A stretch of DNA of 63,942 bases, filler included, from Reclinomonas americana ATCC 50394 (taxonomy: Eukaryota): NCBI GenBank assembly GCA_048213135.1. It is 15 parts of 15 records of this genome, joined end to end, with 100 filler letters (N's around TTAATTAATTAA, not from the genome) between each part and the next. Parts side by side here need not be neighbours in the genome. Positions count along the whole stretch, not along the records: positions 43,382 to 54,170 come from AFZH01017929.1; positions 54,271 to 55,700 come from AFZH01017930.1; positions 55,801 to 58,687 come from AFZH01017931.1; positions 58,788 to 60,447 come from AFZH01017932.1; positions 60,548 to 62,665 come from AFZH01017936.1; positions 62,766 to 63,942 come from AFZH01017966.1; 9 more parts are not named here. One strand, given 5' to 3'. Every line of letters starts with the position of its first letter. The first letter of the stretch is position 1. This document shows, in pieces, positions 51,201-63,519 of the stretch. The position numbers and the translations under genes are program-made. Under the pieces are notes generated by a model. That model was not told the DNA's origin. It saw only the letters and a program-made list of their open reading frames with translations, and made no database searches.

Positions 51201-54200
51201 TGCCATCACCATTGGCGGCCGCAGCGGCGGCGGTGATGCAGTGGTGTCACCCTCGCAAAAAATGGTGATTAGCAGCCCGCACCATTTGAACCCGACGGGC
51301 CGGCCGATTCGCGCGTCGTCCGTATCACCCAAGGTCGACTGCTGGAACGAGGAGTACATGTCGTCGCCGGTGTACCGTGGCACGCAGCCGAGTCCGTCGC
51401 GCCGCCGCAGCCAGAGTGCCAGCGGCCGGGAGGTGGACGGTCATTTGCAGACACCGGAGCCGCGTCGCAGCCACAGCGTGCAGCCGTCGTCGAGCAATCG
51501 CTCCACGCCGACCATGGAATCGGCCAGCAAGCCGCGACGCCTCTCCATTCAGGAGGCCCTCAAGTTGCATCAGGAGCAGAAGGCTCGTCGTGCGGCTGCT
51601 GTGGCCGGTGGCGGTGCTGCGACGCCCACTCCCGACGTGGAGGAGCAGGAGCGCCTGCAGCGCGCCTACCCGACCGCCACTGTCGACATGTCGCCGTCGC
51701 CTTCGCCGGCTCCCGGCGATCGCCCGTCGTCGCCCACTCGCCGTGTGCTGGTGATGGGCAGCGGAGCCGGCGGCAGCTCATCGCTCTCCATGAGCAGCGG
51801 TGCCGGCGGTCCGCTGAACAGCACCGTACAAGTGCGCAGCCTGTCGCCCACCAATGTGCCGGGCCCCGGACTCATCACCACCACGCCGCTTCTCGACGAT
51901 GCCGCCACCACGGCGGCCTCGTCGTCGATGCACTCGAGTTTGGTGCCGCGTGGCGAGTCGCCTTCTATCATTAGCAACGGTAGCTTTGCCGGTTCGCGCC
52001 GCGCCCCGTCGCCGGCCTACAGCATCACTTCGACCAACAGTCGCCGTGCGCCGTCGCCATCCATTTTGCGTGTGCGGGTGAGTCATCCGATGCTTTTCCG
52101 CTTCTCTATTTCATCACTCTGATTATTGTTGTTGTTTTGCAGTCGAGCCACTGCATGCGTCTGCCCGACGCCTGCCGCGCCACGGGTGTGTGCGTGGGCG
52201 AGTTGGTGACGGTGACCAGCAAGCACGTGCCGGCGATTGTGCGTTACGTCGGTGAGACGCACTTCTCCGAGGGACTGTGGATTGGTGTGGAGGTGCCGCC
52301 GGATCCGGGCACTGGTGCGCCGCAGGGCAAGAACGACGGCACGGTGGACGGTGTGACGTACTTCAAGTGTGAGGCCGAGCATGGCCTGTTTTGCCGACTG
52401 GACGCCGTGCATCACCCTGTGCACGACCGCAACCTGATGTACAAGTTCAAGGACATTGATCTGGACGGCAACTCGCTGCTGACGGCCGACGATCTCATCA
52501 AGTACTACCGCGACTACGACAAGGAGGTGTCGTTCTACCACCTGAAGTGCTTCGAGGAGAACTTTGGCACGTCGCCGGAGTGTGTGATTGGGTGAGGAGC
52601 GGGAAAGGGGGGAGAAGGGGGTAGAAGGGGAATGGGGGAGAAGGAGGGGAAGGGGGAGAAGGAGGGGAAGGGGAAGGGGAAAGGGAGAGAAAGAAATTGA
52701 TTGGGGTGTTTGTGTGCGTTTATGTGCGATGAAGGGTGTGGAATGAGTCAGCGAGAGAAAGACTTTGTGTAAGTATGCGTGTGAAGCTGTTGAAGAGAGG
52801 AAAGGTTGCAGGTGTAGGTGTTGGAAAGTGGGACTAACTGGTCTAGATGAGCATCCTGTGTGTGTGTGCGTGTGTGCGTATGAAAAGGCTGAAGAGAGGA
52901 GAAGTTTTGTGTGTGATAAGAAACGAGTGGAGATGTTTAGTGATTGTGTTCTGGAAGTTTCGATGAGATCAACATGTGTATGCCTGAGAAGAGGCTGCAG
53001 AGAGAAGCTGCATGTTCGTGTTGGAGAGCGGGATCAAGTGTGCAGATGAGCATCCTGTGTGTGCAAGAGTGTGTGTGTGTGCGCGTGTGTGTGTGTGTGA
53101 AGGCTGACGAGAGAAGGTTTGTGTGATAAGCAAGAAACGAGTGGAGATGTTTGATGATTGTGTTCAGAAAAAGCCAAGTGTGTTTCGATGAGATCAATAT
53201 GTGTATGCCTGAGAAGAGGCTGAAGAGAGAAGCTGCATGCGCGTGTTGGAAAGCGGGATCAACTGTGTTTCAGATGTGTGGCAAGGCTGAAGATAGGAGA
53301 ATCTGTGTGATGATGGCCCACAAGTGAGATGGGAGTTGAGAGAGTTGTACGTTATTTCTGAGAAGGCCAACTGAGTTTTGATGAGTACGGTGTGTGTGTG
53401 TACTGAAGAGAGGAGATGTATGCGTGTAGTCTGGGGGAACACGTTGGAGTCCGAAGCAACCGATTTCCCCCTTGCTTTCCCCTTTTTGCTGACCTCGTAC
53501 CTCCCTCCCAGACCGCTCTCGTGGCCCGACTTTGAGGTGTGCCACAAGCCGCTGGTGGCCATTCTGGAGCGCAAGCAGCGCAGTGCGCGGGATCCACTGT
53601 TCGAGTTTGAGCAGATTGTGGAGGTGGTGGATAAGCGTCGCCGCTCGCTGGGCCCGGCCAATCCGCTGATGCCCTCGTCGGATCCGGCCCCGTTGATTGC
53701 CTTCTCGCCGTCGCACGTGCAGAATCCGGTCACCGCGCCACCGGTTCAGCCGCCGGCCAATGTTTCACCCACGCGCCAGGACCGCAGCAATGCCATTCAG
53801 TTGCGCGACGGCGAGGTGGTGCAGGTGGGCGCGCGCAATGCGCCGCGCTCGTCGACTGGCAGCAGCAGCCGTTCTCGCAACTCGCCCGTGCCGCAGTCTG
53901 GCAGTCGGCCGACGATTGTGCAGCAGCAAAACACAGTCGGCGGTGGCGATTCGTGGTCTACGACTCAGCTGTCGCGCCGTGCACCGTCACCCGCTCTCTT
54001 TGATCAGCAGCGCCGCGAGCGTGAGCGATTCTTTGAGGCCGCCCGCCAAGCCAGCCTGTCGGCATCGAATCGCATCCAGAGCGCCGGCAACGACACCTCG
54101 ATGACCTCGGCCAGCAGCTTTGTCACCGACGGCAACTCGTCGGTGCAAAGCTCACAGCAACAACAGCAGCNNNNNNNNNNNNNNNNNNNNNNNNNNNNNN

Positions 54201-54616
54201 NNNNNNNNNNNNNNTTAATTAATTAANNNNNNNNNNNNNNNNNNNNNNNNNNNNNNNNNNNNNNNNNNNNAGCGGGATAGGGCAGCGCTTGGTGCGGTTG
54301 CGTTTTGGATGCTGATTTGTTTTGTGTGCAAATGTGCAGACGGCCCAACCCGCCGGGATCCAGTGGTGTCGCCGTGAGTGGCCCACCACCGCCAGTGCCT
54401 GCTGCACCGACAGCAGCCATGATGGCTTCGGTGGCGGCCATGGCCTCTGGCTCTGCCGCATCACAAGCTTCCTCGGCATCGTCGCCAGCCGGCGCTGCTG
54501 CAGCAGCGAAGCCTGTGCGCACCGCAGTGGCCGGCGTGAAGCAACGACGCCCGATTGGATTGGCGCACAAGCGACCACCACGAACCACCGGTGGCACGGA
54601 CTCTGACGAGCCTTGA
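48295..54616 (+). CDS. Coiled-coil + Ser/Pro-rich + CAP-Gly + EF-hand protein
   Basis: Coiled coil at 50540-50970. CAP-Gly motif VRYVGETHFSEGLWIGVEV..GKNDGTVDGVTYFKC..HGLF at 52238-52400, then EF-hand DIDLDGNSLLTADDL. Exons are phase-compatible from ATG 48295; the last exon ends ..DSDEP* at 54616. Confidence 0.82.
49280..50030. repeat. Intronic degenerate tandem repeat (gctgtgttgcatcgctc..ctcgatc..cacaaccagc)
   Basis: Motifs recur 5-7 times within intron 49113-50105. Confidence 0.75.
52760..53300. repeat. Intronic ~214-nt degenerate duplication
   Basis: aaacgagtggagatgttt at 52921 and 53135; gtatgcctgagaagaggctg at ~52978 and ~53203. Confidence 0.75.
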
Positions 54617-54829
54617 GGTGTGGAGGAAAAAAGAGTGAGGCACAAGAACGAGGAGGGAGGGGGGCAACAAGTGGAAAGTCTTTTTCTTTTTCTCTCTCAG
54701 TTTGTTCCTTTAAGCTGGAGTGTGTGTGTGTTTTTGTGTGTGTATGTGTTTTGTCTCTCTTGGCGAGGAAAGTAAGAAGCGATCTGATAAAAGCATGTGA
54801 GGAGTGGGTTTTTTTCGTTTGTGTTTTGT

Positions 54830-57800
54830 TTATCTGTGCTCCTCGTCCACTTGCATTTCTTCCATGCCTTCGAACGATCTGCACACACGCGCCCACCGAT
54901 GAGAGGAGTAAGAGAAAAACATCAATGGTATGGTGTGCGAACCCATCAGCTGGTGGAACGCGGATACCCGCCTGCTCGAGGCCACGGAGCACAGTTTGGT
55001 TCACTGCACGAGAGTGTGAGGGAGCAGCGAGAGGGAAGATGATGTTGGTGGTAAGGAACGGCTACCTTCGGCCAGGAAAAACTGCTCAGCAGCAGGAGGT
55101 GGTGGCGGCAGCAGTGGTGGCGCGTCGTCGTCATCGTCTTCCAACATTTCCCGCACCTCCTCGTCCTCCTCCTCCTCGTCCTCCTCTCCTTCTCCGTCGT
55201 CGTCGTCGTCCTCTTCTTCCTCCTCGGCACCCTCCATCTCGATGTCCTTTTTCACCGCGTCCCCTCCGTCGCTGGCGGAGGCTGCGCTGGGTTTGCTGGA
55301 GCGGTGGCGGTTCTTGGAGGAGTGCTGACAAAGGGGAAGGTGAGAAGGGGAAAAGGGGAAGGTGAGAAGGGGGAAGGAACAGAGGGAAGGAGAGGGGGGA
55401 AGGAGAAGTGGGGAAGGTAAAGGGGGAAAAGGGGAAGGAGAAGGGGGAAGGAACAGCGGGAAGGAACAGGGGAATGAGAAGGGGGAAGAACAGGGAGAAG
55501 GAACAGGGGGAAGGAACAGTGGGAAGGAACAGGGGGAAGGAACAGAGGGAAGGAACAGGGGGAAGGAGAAGTGGGAAGGAACATGGGGAAGGAACGGGGG
55601 GAAGGAACGGGAGGAAGAAAAGGGGGAAGGAGCAGGGGGAAGGGAGAGGGGGAAAGGAGAAGGGGAAGGAACAGGGGGAAGAAACAGGGGGAAAGGAACA
55701 NNNNNNNNNNNNNNNNNNNNNNNNNNNNNNNNNNNNNNNNNNNNTTAATTAATTAANNNNNNNNNNNNNNNNNNNNNNNNNNNNNNNNNNNNNNNNNNNN
55801 GAAGGAACAGGGGGAAGAAACAGGGGGAAGGAAAAGGGGGAGGGAGGAGAAGGGGAAAGAAAGGGGAGGGAACAGGGGGAAGGAACAGGGGGAAGGAAAA
55901 GGGGGAAGGAGAAGGGGACAAGGAACAGGAGAAGGGGACAAGGAACAGGAGAAGGAGAAGGGGGAGGGAACAGGGAAAGGCACAGGGGGAAGGAAAGGGG
56001 GAAGGAATAGGGGAAGGACCATGGTGGCGGAGAAGTAAGGAAAAGATGGTACTTGAGAGGAAAACCGCAAACAGAGCTTGTGCGCGGAGACCATGGATGA
56101 CAAAGATGAAAGCACTGGAGCGAGAATAGCAGGGGCAATGCAGAAGTACGGATGGATGGACACAGTGGTGCCTCGTGAGACTCTTTCTGCGAGCTCCACT
56201 CACCGACACGTCCGTCATGGGCACGCGGCACAGGGCATACATCGCCGCCGTGCATTCATCCACCATTTTCTTCCACGTGGCCGCCGAGTACCACCCGTGC
56301 TCGTCCTGTGGTGAGTGAGGAGCGAGTGAGGAGCGAGTCAACACTGAAAGAAACAGCTGAGTGTCACGAAACATTGCACTCGGGCTCCGTCTGCGCGGCC
56401 AACTCCTGCACGGCGGGAATGTTGACATCGCACACGGCGAATCGCTGCACCACTTGCGTGATTCCGGCGTCTGGGAAGAGTGGCACTTGACTGTCGATGG
56501 AGGGAGATTATCAACAAGGGAGTACGACATCAACAAACTCGAGGCAGAACGCAACGCGTCATGGAATTGTATGCCAGCAAAAGCCTCCTTGTTGAGCGCT
56601 GACAGTGAATGCAGGGTAAGCAACGGGAGCAGCAGCAGCCAACGCCGGTCACAAAGGAGAGTGAGAAGGAGACCGCGTAAAGGAATAAGAGTCAAGGGTT
56701 GAGAGCAGAGAACTCACTCAACAAAGTTCAGAAATGAAAGTAGGAGGAGGGATCACTTCCTGTAACATCTCATCGGCACGCACCTGCGCTGCGAGTCGAC
56801 TGCGCGTACACATTGTCGGTGAGGCGGAGCGGCTTGAATGCGGCTTTTTCCGCCTGCTGTCGGAGGCCGAACTTGGAGCGCAACACGCCGGGCACCTTGA
56901 AGTTGAGAACTTGGAACCTGTCGCACAGGGGGTGTGAGATGCGCGGCATGCGTGTATCGGTGGAGGCAGAACGAGGCGCACCGAGCAAACTGGGGATCCG
57001 AGCGCACGTCCACGCCGTAGCGCACCGACGAGCGAATCCACGGCCCGTCAAAGTATGAGAAGCACACCAGAGGGAGGTATCTTGACGGTGAGCAGGAGAT
57101 GAGCAGAGGGAAGGAATACGATGGCGAATAGGCTTCGTGGTCAAAACTTCTTCATCTCGGTTGGACCAAAGCCGGCCGGCAGCACGGCGAGCAGCGTGGA
57201 CTTGGTCACCACTGGCCGCCACTCGAAGAGTCGCCGGAGGCACGCCTCGACAGGTCCCATTTCTCCCACGGGTCGAGGCACCGATGCTTCGGTGGGAACT
57301 GGCGTCTGCAGGGGATGACAGTCAGAAGAGAGGAGGGAAACCGAGAGAGACAGAGTGGGAGAGAGCACCTCCAGATCGAAGCGAATTGTTGACGAGCGCG
57401 AGGTGGACGCAGAGGGTCGAGAAGAGGAGGCACCGGCGCGTCCTCCCCTTCCACCGGCGGCTGCTGCTGCTGCGGAGGACGCAGCAGAGGAGGCTGCGGC
57501 TTTAGGGGCGGGTGCCTTTGGTCGACCGAGGACATCGTCGGCGAGGAGCTTGCGTCGTTGTGCAGAGGCGGCGAAGCTGGCGAGCGATAAGACAAGCACA
57601 AGAGAGAAGAAGGATTGATAGACAAACGCACCGATACGACATGGTGGGCTTGTCGACACGGCTGAAGATGCCGGGCGGCATGTCGAGCAGGAGCGACTCG
57701 TCCGTCACCGACATGCTCAACTTGTCGAGCTCGTCTGCAGGGATGGGAGTGTGAGATGATGACTGACTGACTGGCACACAGAAGAGATTTACAGACCAAG

Positions 57801-58787
57801 CGACAGCATGTCTTGCTTGGGCGTCTCCGCAGTGGGTGCCAGGTAGCGAAAATCGGCCATTCCTGTGTGAGGAGAAGTGAGGGAAAGGGAGGAGAGAGAG
57901 AGAGAATGAGAGAGAGAGAGAGTTCAACAAGGGAAGGAGAGAGTGAGAGCATGAAAGGATGGCAGCCCACCATCAGGGAGAGCAAGGAGAGACGGAGGGC
58001 AGCACATGAGCAAGAACTGAGGCGAGCACGGAGGGGATAAGCGGAGGCGACAGGCATCTGAGCAATCACTCAGCTCTGCGATCAACGACGGAACGAGAGA
58101 GGTAGAGAAAGGGAAGAGGACAGTCCAACATCTGTAACGAGAGAATGAACAGCAACGAGAGCAAAAGCAAGCGATGGAGAGAAGGAAAAAGGATGGAAAC
58201 TGGAAGGGATGAGGAGAGTCGAATCCACAAGGCAAGCGCGAGAGTATGAGCTGCAACAATCACTCAGCCTTGGAAGGAACAAGGGAGAACGAGCAGCAAC
58301 GAATGCAACGCCGAGCAAGAATTGAAATGAACAGGAAGGAATGAGGAGAGTCAAAGGCACAAGTCAAGCGCGAGAGGCTGAGCAGCAATCACCCAGCTGA
58401 GGGATGAACAAGGAAATGAGTGAGAGAAAGGGAAGAGGACAGTCCAACATCTGTAACGAGAGAATGAACATCAACGAGTGCAAGAACACAAGCGATGGAG
58501 AGAAGAGAAATGATGGAAACTGGAAGGGATGAGGAGAGGCCACAGCGAGAGTCTGAGCAGCAACAATCACTCAGCCTTGAAAGAAGCAACAAGGGAGTGA
58601 GAGAACGTGAGAAACAGCAGCAACGAATGCAACGCAGAGCAAGAGTTGAGGTGAACTGGAAGGGAGAGGAGAGTCAAAGGCACAGGGNNNNNNNNNNNNN
58701 NNNNNNNNNNNNNNNNNNNNNNNNNNNNNNNTTAATTAATTAANNNNNNNNNNNNNNNNNNNNNNNNNNNNNNNNNNNNNNNNNNNN

Positions 58788-58862
<75 letters not shown>

Positions 58863-59127
58863 GCGCTTCTTCCTCTCTCATTCTCACTCGCCACTCTTCT
58901 CAGTCACTCTCTGCTCCACCTCTCTCTCTCTCTCCCTTCCCCTCACTCTCTCCCACTCCCTTCCTCTCTCTCTTCTCTCTCTCTCTCTTTCTCTCTTGCC
59001 TCTCTCTCACCTTGTATAGTGGACCTTCCCCGCCCAACTTTGCAATCGCCACCTTGGTGTCTCTCACTTGCCCGGGGAAGTCGACACTGAAGAAGAAGCG
59101 CGCAGGCACCACCTTCTCCTCAATCAT
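54830..59127 (-). CDS. GTF3C5: Transcription factor IIIC subunit 5 (Tau95/TFC1)
   Basis: Motifs SVDFPGQV..AIAKLGGE, GMADFRY, PPGIFSRVDKP, LRRLFEWRPV, YFDGPW..VRYGVDVRSDP..RFQVLNFK, VCDV..CNDEHGWY, and an acidic tail. At least one exon is missing in gap 58688-58787 (phase mismatch across it). Confidence 0.88.
58060..58687. repeat. Intronic ~320-nt duplication
   Basis: gagaaagggaagaggacagtccaacatctgtaacgagagaatgaaca at ~58105 and ~58424. Confidence 0.8.
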
Positions 59128-59259
59128 TGATTGAATTTGTAAGGATACTTCACTGTCCTGCTGGCCTTCAGAAGATGTGGTGTCGTGTGTGGAGGAGTGT
59201 GAGAGGTGTCTTTGGTGGAGAGTGCATTCTTCTCCTCCTCGCGCTCACAGATCTTTAGT

Positions 59260-59780
59260 TGCAAGTTGCATGCAATTGCAACTTCCAACAAACAGTTTTG
59301 CCTTTGTGAGTAGCGATCGGCAGAGCACCCCAGCGAGCAGAGGCCGAGCGTTCTCTGCAGGTTGCGCATTGCCCTTTACGCACGTGCCTGGCACCGCTGG
59401 CAGAGACCACAAACACTGCAATTGCAACTGCGACTTCGAACAAACTGTTTCTTTTCTCTTGCGAGTGGCGATCGCAGGAGCACCCCCAGCGAGTAGAGGC
59501 CAAGCGTTCTCACCAGGGTACACATTGCCCTTTCTCTTGCCTCACTGGCACCACAGGCAGCGAGGGCAGAAGCGACCAATGCATCTGATCATGATACTTC
59601 GAACAAACTGTTTGTTTCTCTTGCGAGTGGCGATCGCAGCAGAACCGCGGCCATGCGCTCGTTCATGGTTGTACTGTGTTCCTTCCTCTTTCCACCTGTG
59701 CTGCAGACGGAGAGCACGGACACGGCTGCCATGGGTGAGACTTCGAACAAACAGTGTATTGCACTTGCAAGAGAAGCAAG
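59260..59780. repeat. Intergenic ~150-165 nt degenerate repeats between divergent GTF3C5 and TAF1B-like genes
   Basis: cttc[g/c]aacaaac..t at ~59282, 59434, 59597 and 59741; ctcttgcgagtggcgatcgcag occurs twice. Confidence 0.75.
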
Positions 59781-60076
59781 CACCCATCACAAGTCCTCTC
59801 CTTGTTCACTGACTGCAGATCTCGCATGCTACAAGTAGCCTTGCACCGCTGCATCGTTGTGGTAGCATATGCATTGCCTGCGCATGCGACTTCGATATCG
59901 ATGCATTTGTCATGCAGCTCCCTTTGTTGCAGACGTGCACACCAACGCAAGAAACGAAGAAGAGCGCTCAACTTACACACACACTCTCCTCAACTTCCTC
60001 CTCCACCACTCTCACGAAACAGCAAACGTCGCAAGAGAGTGAGAGAGGACAAACTTCACAATCACTTTCACACAAG

Positions 60077-60332
60077 ATGAAGTGCGTAAGCTGTGGTGCT
60101 GTTGTCTCCTCGCGCTCAGAGACCGGCTTCTTTGTGTGTGGAGTGTGCGGAACACAATCACAGGTGACACATGAGAGTGTGTGAGAGAAAGAGAAAGAGA
60201 GAGAGAGAGAGACTTTGCCTGTGTGCTCACTCTTTGTGTGTGTGTGTGTGTGTGTGTGTGTTGTGCAGGACTATGTGGAGCAAGAGAATGAGTTTGACAC
60301 TCTGCATTACAGTGTGCGCTCTTCTTCAAGAG
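60077..60332 (+). CDS. N-terminal Zn-ribbon exons of a probable Pol I initiation factor TAF1B/Rrn7 (rest in gap)
   Basis: MKCVSCGAVVSSRSETGFFVCGVCGTQSQ|DYVEQENEF (exons 60077-60163 and 60269-60332) fits the Rrn7-type CxxC..G.[FY].CxxCGtqSq ribbon. Confidence 0.6.
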
Positions 60333-60374
60333 GTCGGTGATGACAGGGAGAGAGAGAGAGAGAGAGAGAGGAGG

Positions 60375-60428
<54 letters not shown>

Positions 60429-60672
60429 GACGACGACGAGAGAGAGANNNNNNNNNNNNNNNNNNNNNNNNNNNNNNNNNNNNNNNNNNNNTTAATTAAT
60501 TAANNNNNNNNNNNNNNNNNNNNNNNNNNNNNNNNNNNNNNNNNNNNCCCAAACGCTCATTCCTTCCTCTCCTGCTCTCGTTCTCCATCCCCTCCCTCGC
60601 TCCCTCACCCTCACTCTCTTCTGTGTGTCACTGGGCGTGACCGGGAGCTTGCTCTTACTGTGCTCTATGTAG

Positions 60673-61570
60673 GCATGTTTGATGGAGTGCGTGTTGATGC
60701 GTATGGGAATCAGAAGGCGCAGCCGATCTCGGCGCTCGGGCAGATTGCTGTGCGTGGTGCCACGCTCGTCTCCATTACGGTGTATGACAAGTCGGTGCGT
60801 GTGTTTGGGAGCTGCTTGTGCGCTGCTCGTGGAAGCCCTCTGCCCCTCTTGTTCTCTTCCCATCCTTGAGGCTCTGGGTCTCTCGCACGCTGTTTTTCTC
60901 TGCTCGTTCCGTGTCGCTTCAAACTTGGTCATTTTCCTTCGCTTCCCCCCTTTGCTTCGCCCTTTGCTTCCCCCTTTGCTTCGCCCTTTGCTTCCCCCTT
61001 TGCTTCCCCCTTTGCTTCCCCCCTTTGCTTCGCTCTATGCCTCGCCCTTTGCTTCTCCTCTCACTCACTTCACCCTATCCCTCTCCCCCTTCCTCTTCCC
61101 TCTTCGCCTTCTCCCTTTGCTCCCCCTTTGCTTCCCCTTTCGCTTCCCCCTTCTTCGTCTCTCCCTCCCCTTCCCTTCCCTGTCCCTCTCTTTCCCCCTC
61201 TCCCTCCCCCTTCTCCCTCACCCTCACCCTTTCCCTCTCGCAGATCGTCGGCGCCGTGGAACGCTCCATCCGCGAATGCGGCATGAACCTCAACCCCTCC
61301 GTGGACGGCGACACTGTGGTGATCCCGCTGCCGAAAATGTCGCAGGAGACGCGCACCGCACTGGTCAAGACGGCCTCCACCATGCGCGAGCAGTGCAAGC
61401 AGCGTGTGCGCAACGTGCGTCGCGACTGGATGGCCGACATTAACAAGTCCGGAGAGGGCGAAGACGAAGTGGAGCGGCTTCGCAAGCTGGTGGAGAATGC
61501 CGTGCACGCCACGATGCAGGACGTCGATCAGGTGTACACGAGAAAGGAGAGGGAGATTACGCAGACTTGA
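60673..61570 (+). CDS. MRRF: Organellar (probably mitochondrial) ribosome recycling factor, last two exons
   Basis: Exons 60673-60794 and 61244-61570 give MFDGVRVDAYG..PISALGQI..VYDKS|IVGAVERSIRECGMNLNP..DG..IPLPKMSQETR..LVK..RVRNVRRD. Confidence 0.9.
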
Positions 61571-61680
61571 GAGCGGGCGCTGCGAAATATCATGAAGAAT
61601 TGCGGCACACTCCAGGGTCGCTGTACTACAACGCATTCTCGATGCTGTCATACGGGAAAAGAAAAGAAACCCAACGCCGC

Positions 61681-62112
61681 TCACTTCAACCAGGTGAGGT
61701 ACTGGTTGCGGTGCATCATCATCAGCAGCGAGGTGGCGACGGTGAAACCGAGCACCAACACCTCGGCCATGAAGCTGACCAGCGACCACGCCAGGTGGCT
61801 GCGGCTCTTCAGATCCGCCACGCGAATAACGCGCTCGTTGCCAATCTCCTCCGTGGCGTTAAAGTACGGCACCTCCACCACCAGCGGCTGTCCGCGCTGG
61901 TGGCGCACCGACGTCGAGCCGAACAGCTCGTTGCCGTCGGGCGTCTCCACCGTCACCAGCAGGTCGAAAAATTCCTTCTTGCCCTGGCCCTTGGTGGCGG
62001 TGGACGGCTGCTCGCGCGTCGTCAGGTGCGCCGTCGTCGGCAACTCGCAGCAGCGGTACACGTGGTACACGCAGTCGTTGTCGTAGCCGGGTTCGGCGGC
62101 GGCGGCCACGGC
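61681..62112 (-). CDS. Terminal exon of an unknown protein with a C-terminal TM helix
   Basis: Pyrimidine tract + CAG acceptor, GC3-rich codons, hydrophobic LAWSLVSFMAEVLVLGFTVATSLLMMM before the stop. Confidence 0.6.
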   Translation of the reverse strand, partial: AVAAAAEPGYDNDCVYHVYRCCELPTTAHLTTREQPSTATKGQGKKEFFDLLVTVETPDGNELFGSTSVRHQRGQPLVVEVPYFNATEEIGNERVIRVADLKSRSHLAWSLVSFMAEVLVLGFTVATSLLMMMHRNQYLTWLK

Positions 62113-62765
62113 CTGTGCGAGAAAGGGAAAGGGGATGGGAAAGGGAAAGGAGAAGGAGAATGGGGAAGGGACGAAGAGAGAGGAAGCACAGAGAGATGGG
62201 GATAAGAGGAAAGCGCAAGGCAATGAAGGGGAGAAGGAAAGTGGGAGCGTGAACATGGCCTTGGAACGAACTACGATGCTGCGAACCATCATGAGCTCAA
62301 AAAAACTGCACTCCTGTCTTCAACTCTCTTCTGCTACTCAACAAAGGCACTGAATCCAGCAATATCCTCTCTGTTTTTCGCTGCTCTCTCTTTGTCTCTC
62401 ACGCACTATCTGTGCGCCTCTATCATCTCTCTTCGGATGACCTCAAGGTACTGCCACCCCTTCCTTCTCAGCAGCGCTGCACCACAACGAGATACAGCAC
62501 AATCCTGACGCAGTGTGGACGTCACAAAAATGAGATACACAACAGAGAAACGGAGAGAAAGACTGAGAAGGAGAGAGCTGTCCAGCCAGCTCATCAAACC
62601 AACTCGCCAATCACAAACAAACCCTTTGATGGCCAAGTCTACTCCAAGCAATCTCTCTCTCTCTCNNNNNNNNNNNNNNNNNNNNNNNNNNNNNNNNNNN
62701 NNNNNNNNNTTAATTAATTAANNNNNNNNNNNNNNNNNNNNNNNNNNNNNNNNNNNNNNNNNNNN

Positions 62766-62859
<94 letters not shown>

Positions 62860-63077
62860 GAAGGGAGACGGAAGTATGTTATGTTGAGCACCTACTCCGT
62901 TGCACTCACTCGCCCGCTAAGTATCTCTCTCGCACACACACGTACACACTCTCAGTCCGTGCACGCCTACCTGTTTCGCTGGTCTCTCTCGTCGTTCCCC
63001 TTCCCCTCATTTCCTCCTTTTCCCTCCTTCCCTTCCCCCCTTCCTCCCCTTCTCCCCTCTCACCACCTCCCTTGTAG

Positions 63078-63487
63078 ACCCCCGCGAGGTCAAGCGCACC
63101 ATCCTCATGCACAAGCCTGCCATGACCATGACCATGTCCCGCGCGCACGCCCAAGACAACGACATGATCCAGCCCACTGGCGACGAATTCATTCCCGCCC
63201 AGCTCGGCATGGACGAGGCCGCCGACCTCGTCTCGCAACCAACACACGCCGACATGACCGAGGAAGCGTACCGCTACCCGGCACTGCGCACGGCCGAGTT
63301 GCTGCTGAAGATGACCGGCCCGCCAAAGCCCGTCGCCGAGGAGGAGGACGCAGCAGCGCCAGAGGCCGACGCTGCAGGCGCCGTGGTGGTCGCCGGCGCC
63401 GCAGCCGTCAGCAGCCCACAGGACTCACAAGCGGAACTAGTCAACGTAGAGAAGCTCCACGATGACATGGTCGACGGAGATCAATGA
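63078..63487 (+). CDS. Terminal exon of an unknown acidic protein
   Basis: Acceptor ttgtag at 63077; GC3-rich frame PREVKRTILMHKP..MVDGDQ*. Confidence 0.55.
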
Positions 63488-63519
63488 ACCAACAGAAACT
63501 CTATCCGTACACTCTACTC

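Noticed and set aside
57141..57147. In-frame TGA in GTF3C5 and TAG at 16478, suggesting stop-codon reassignment
   Set aside because: The TGA lies in intron 57081-57147, the TAG is in a multiply disabled pseudogene, and intact genes end normally at TGA/TAA.
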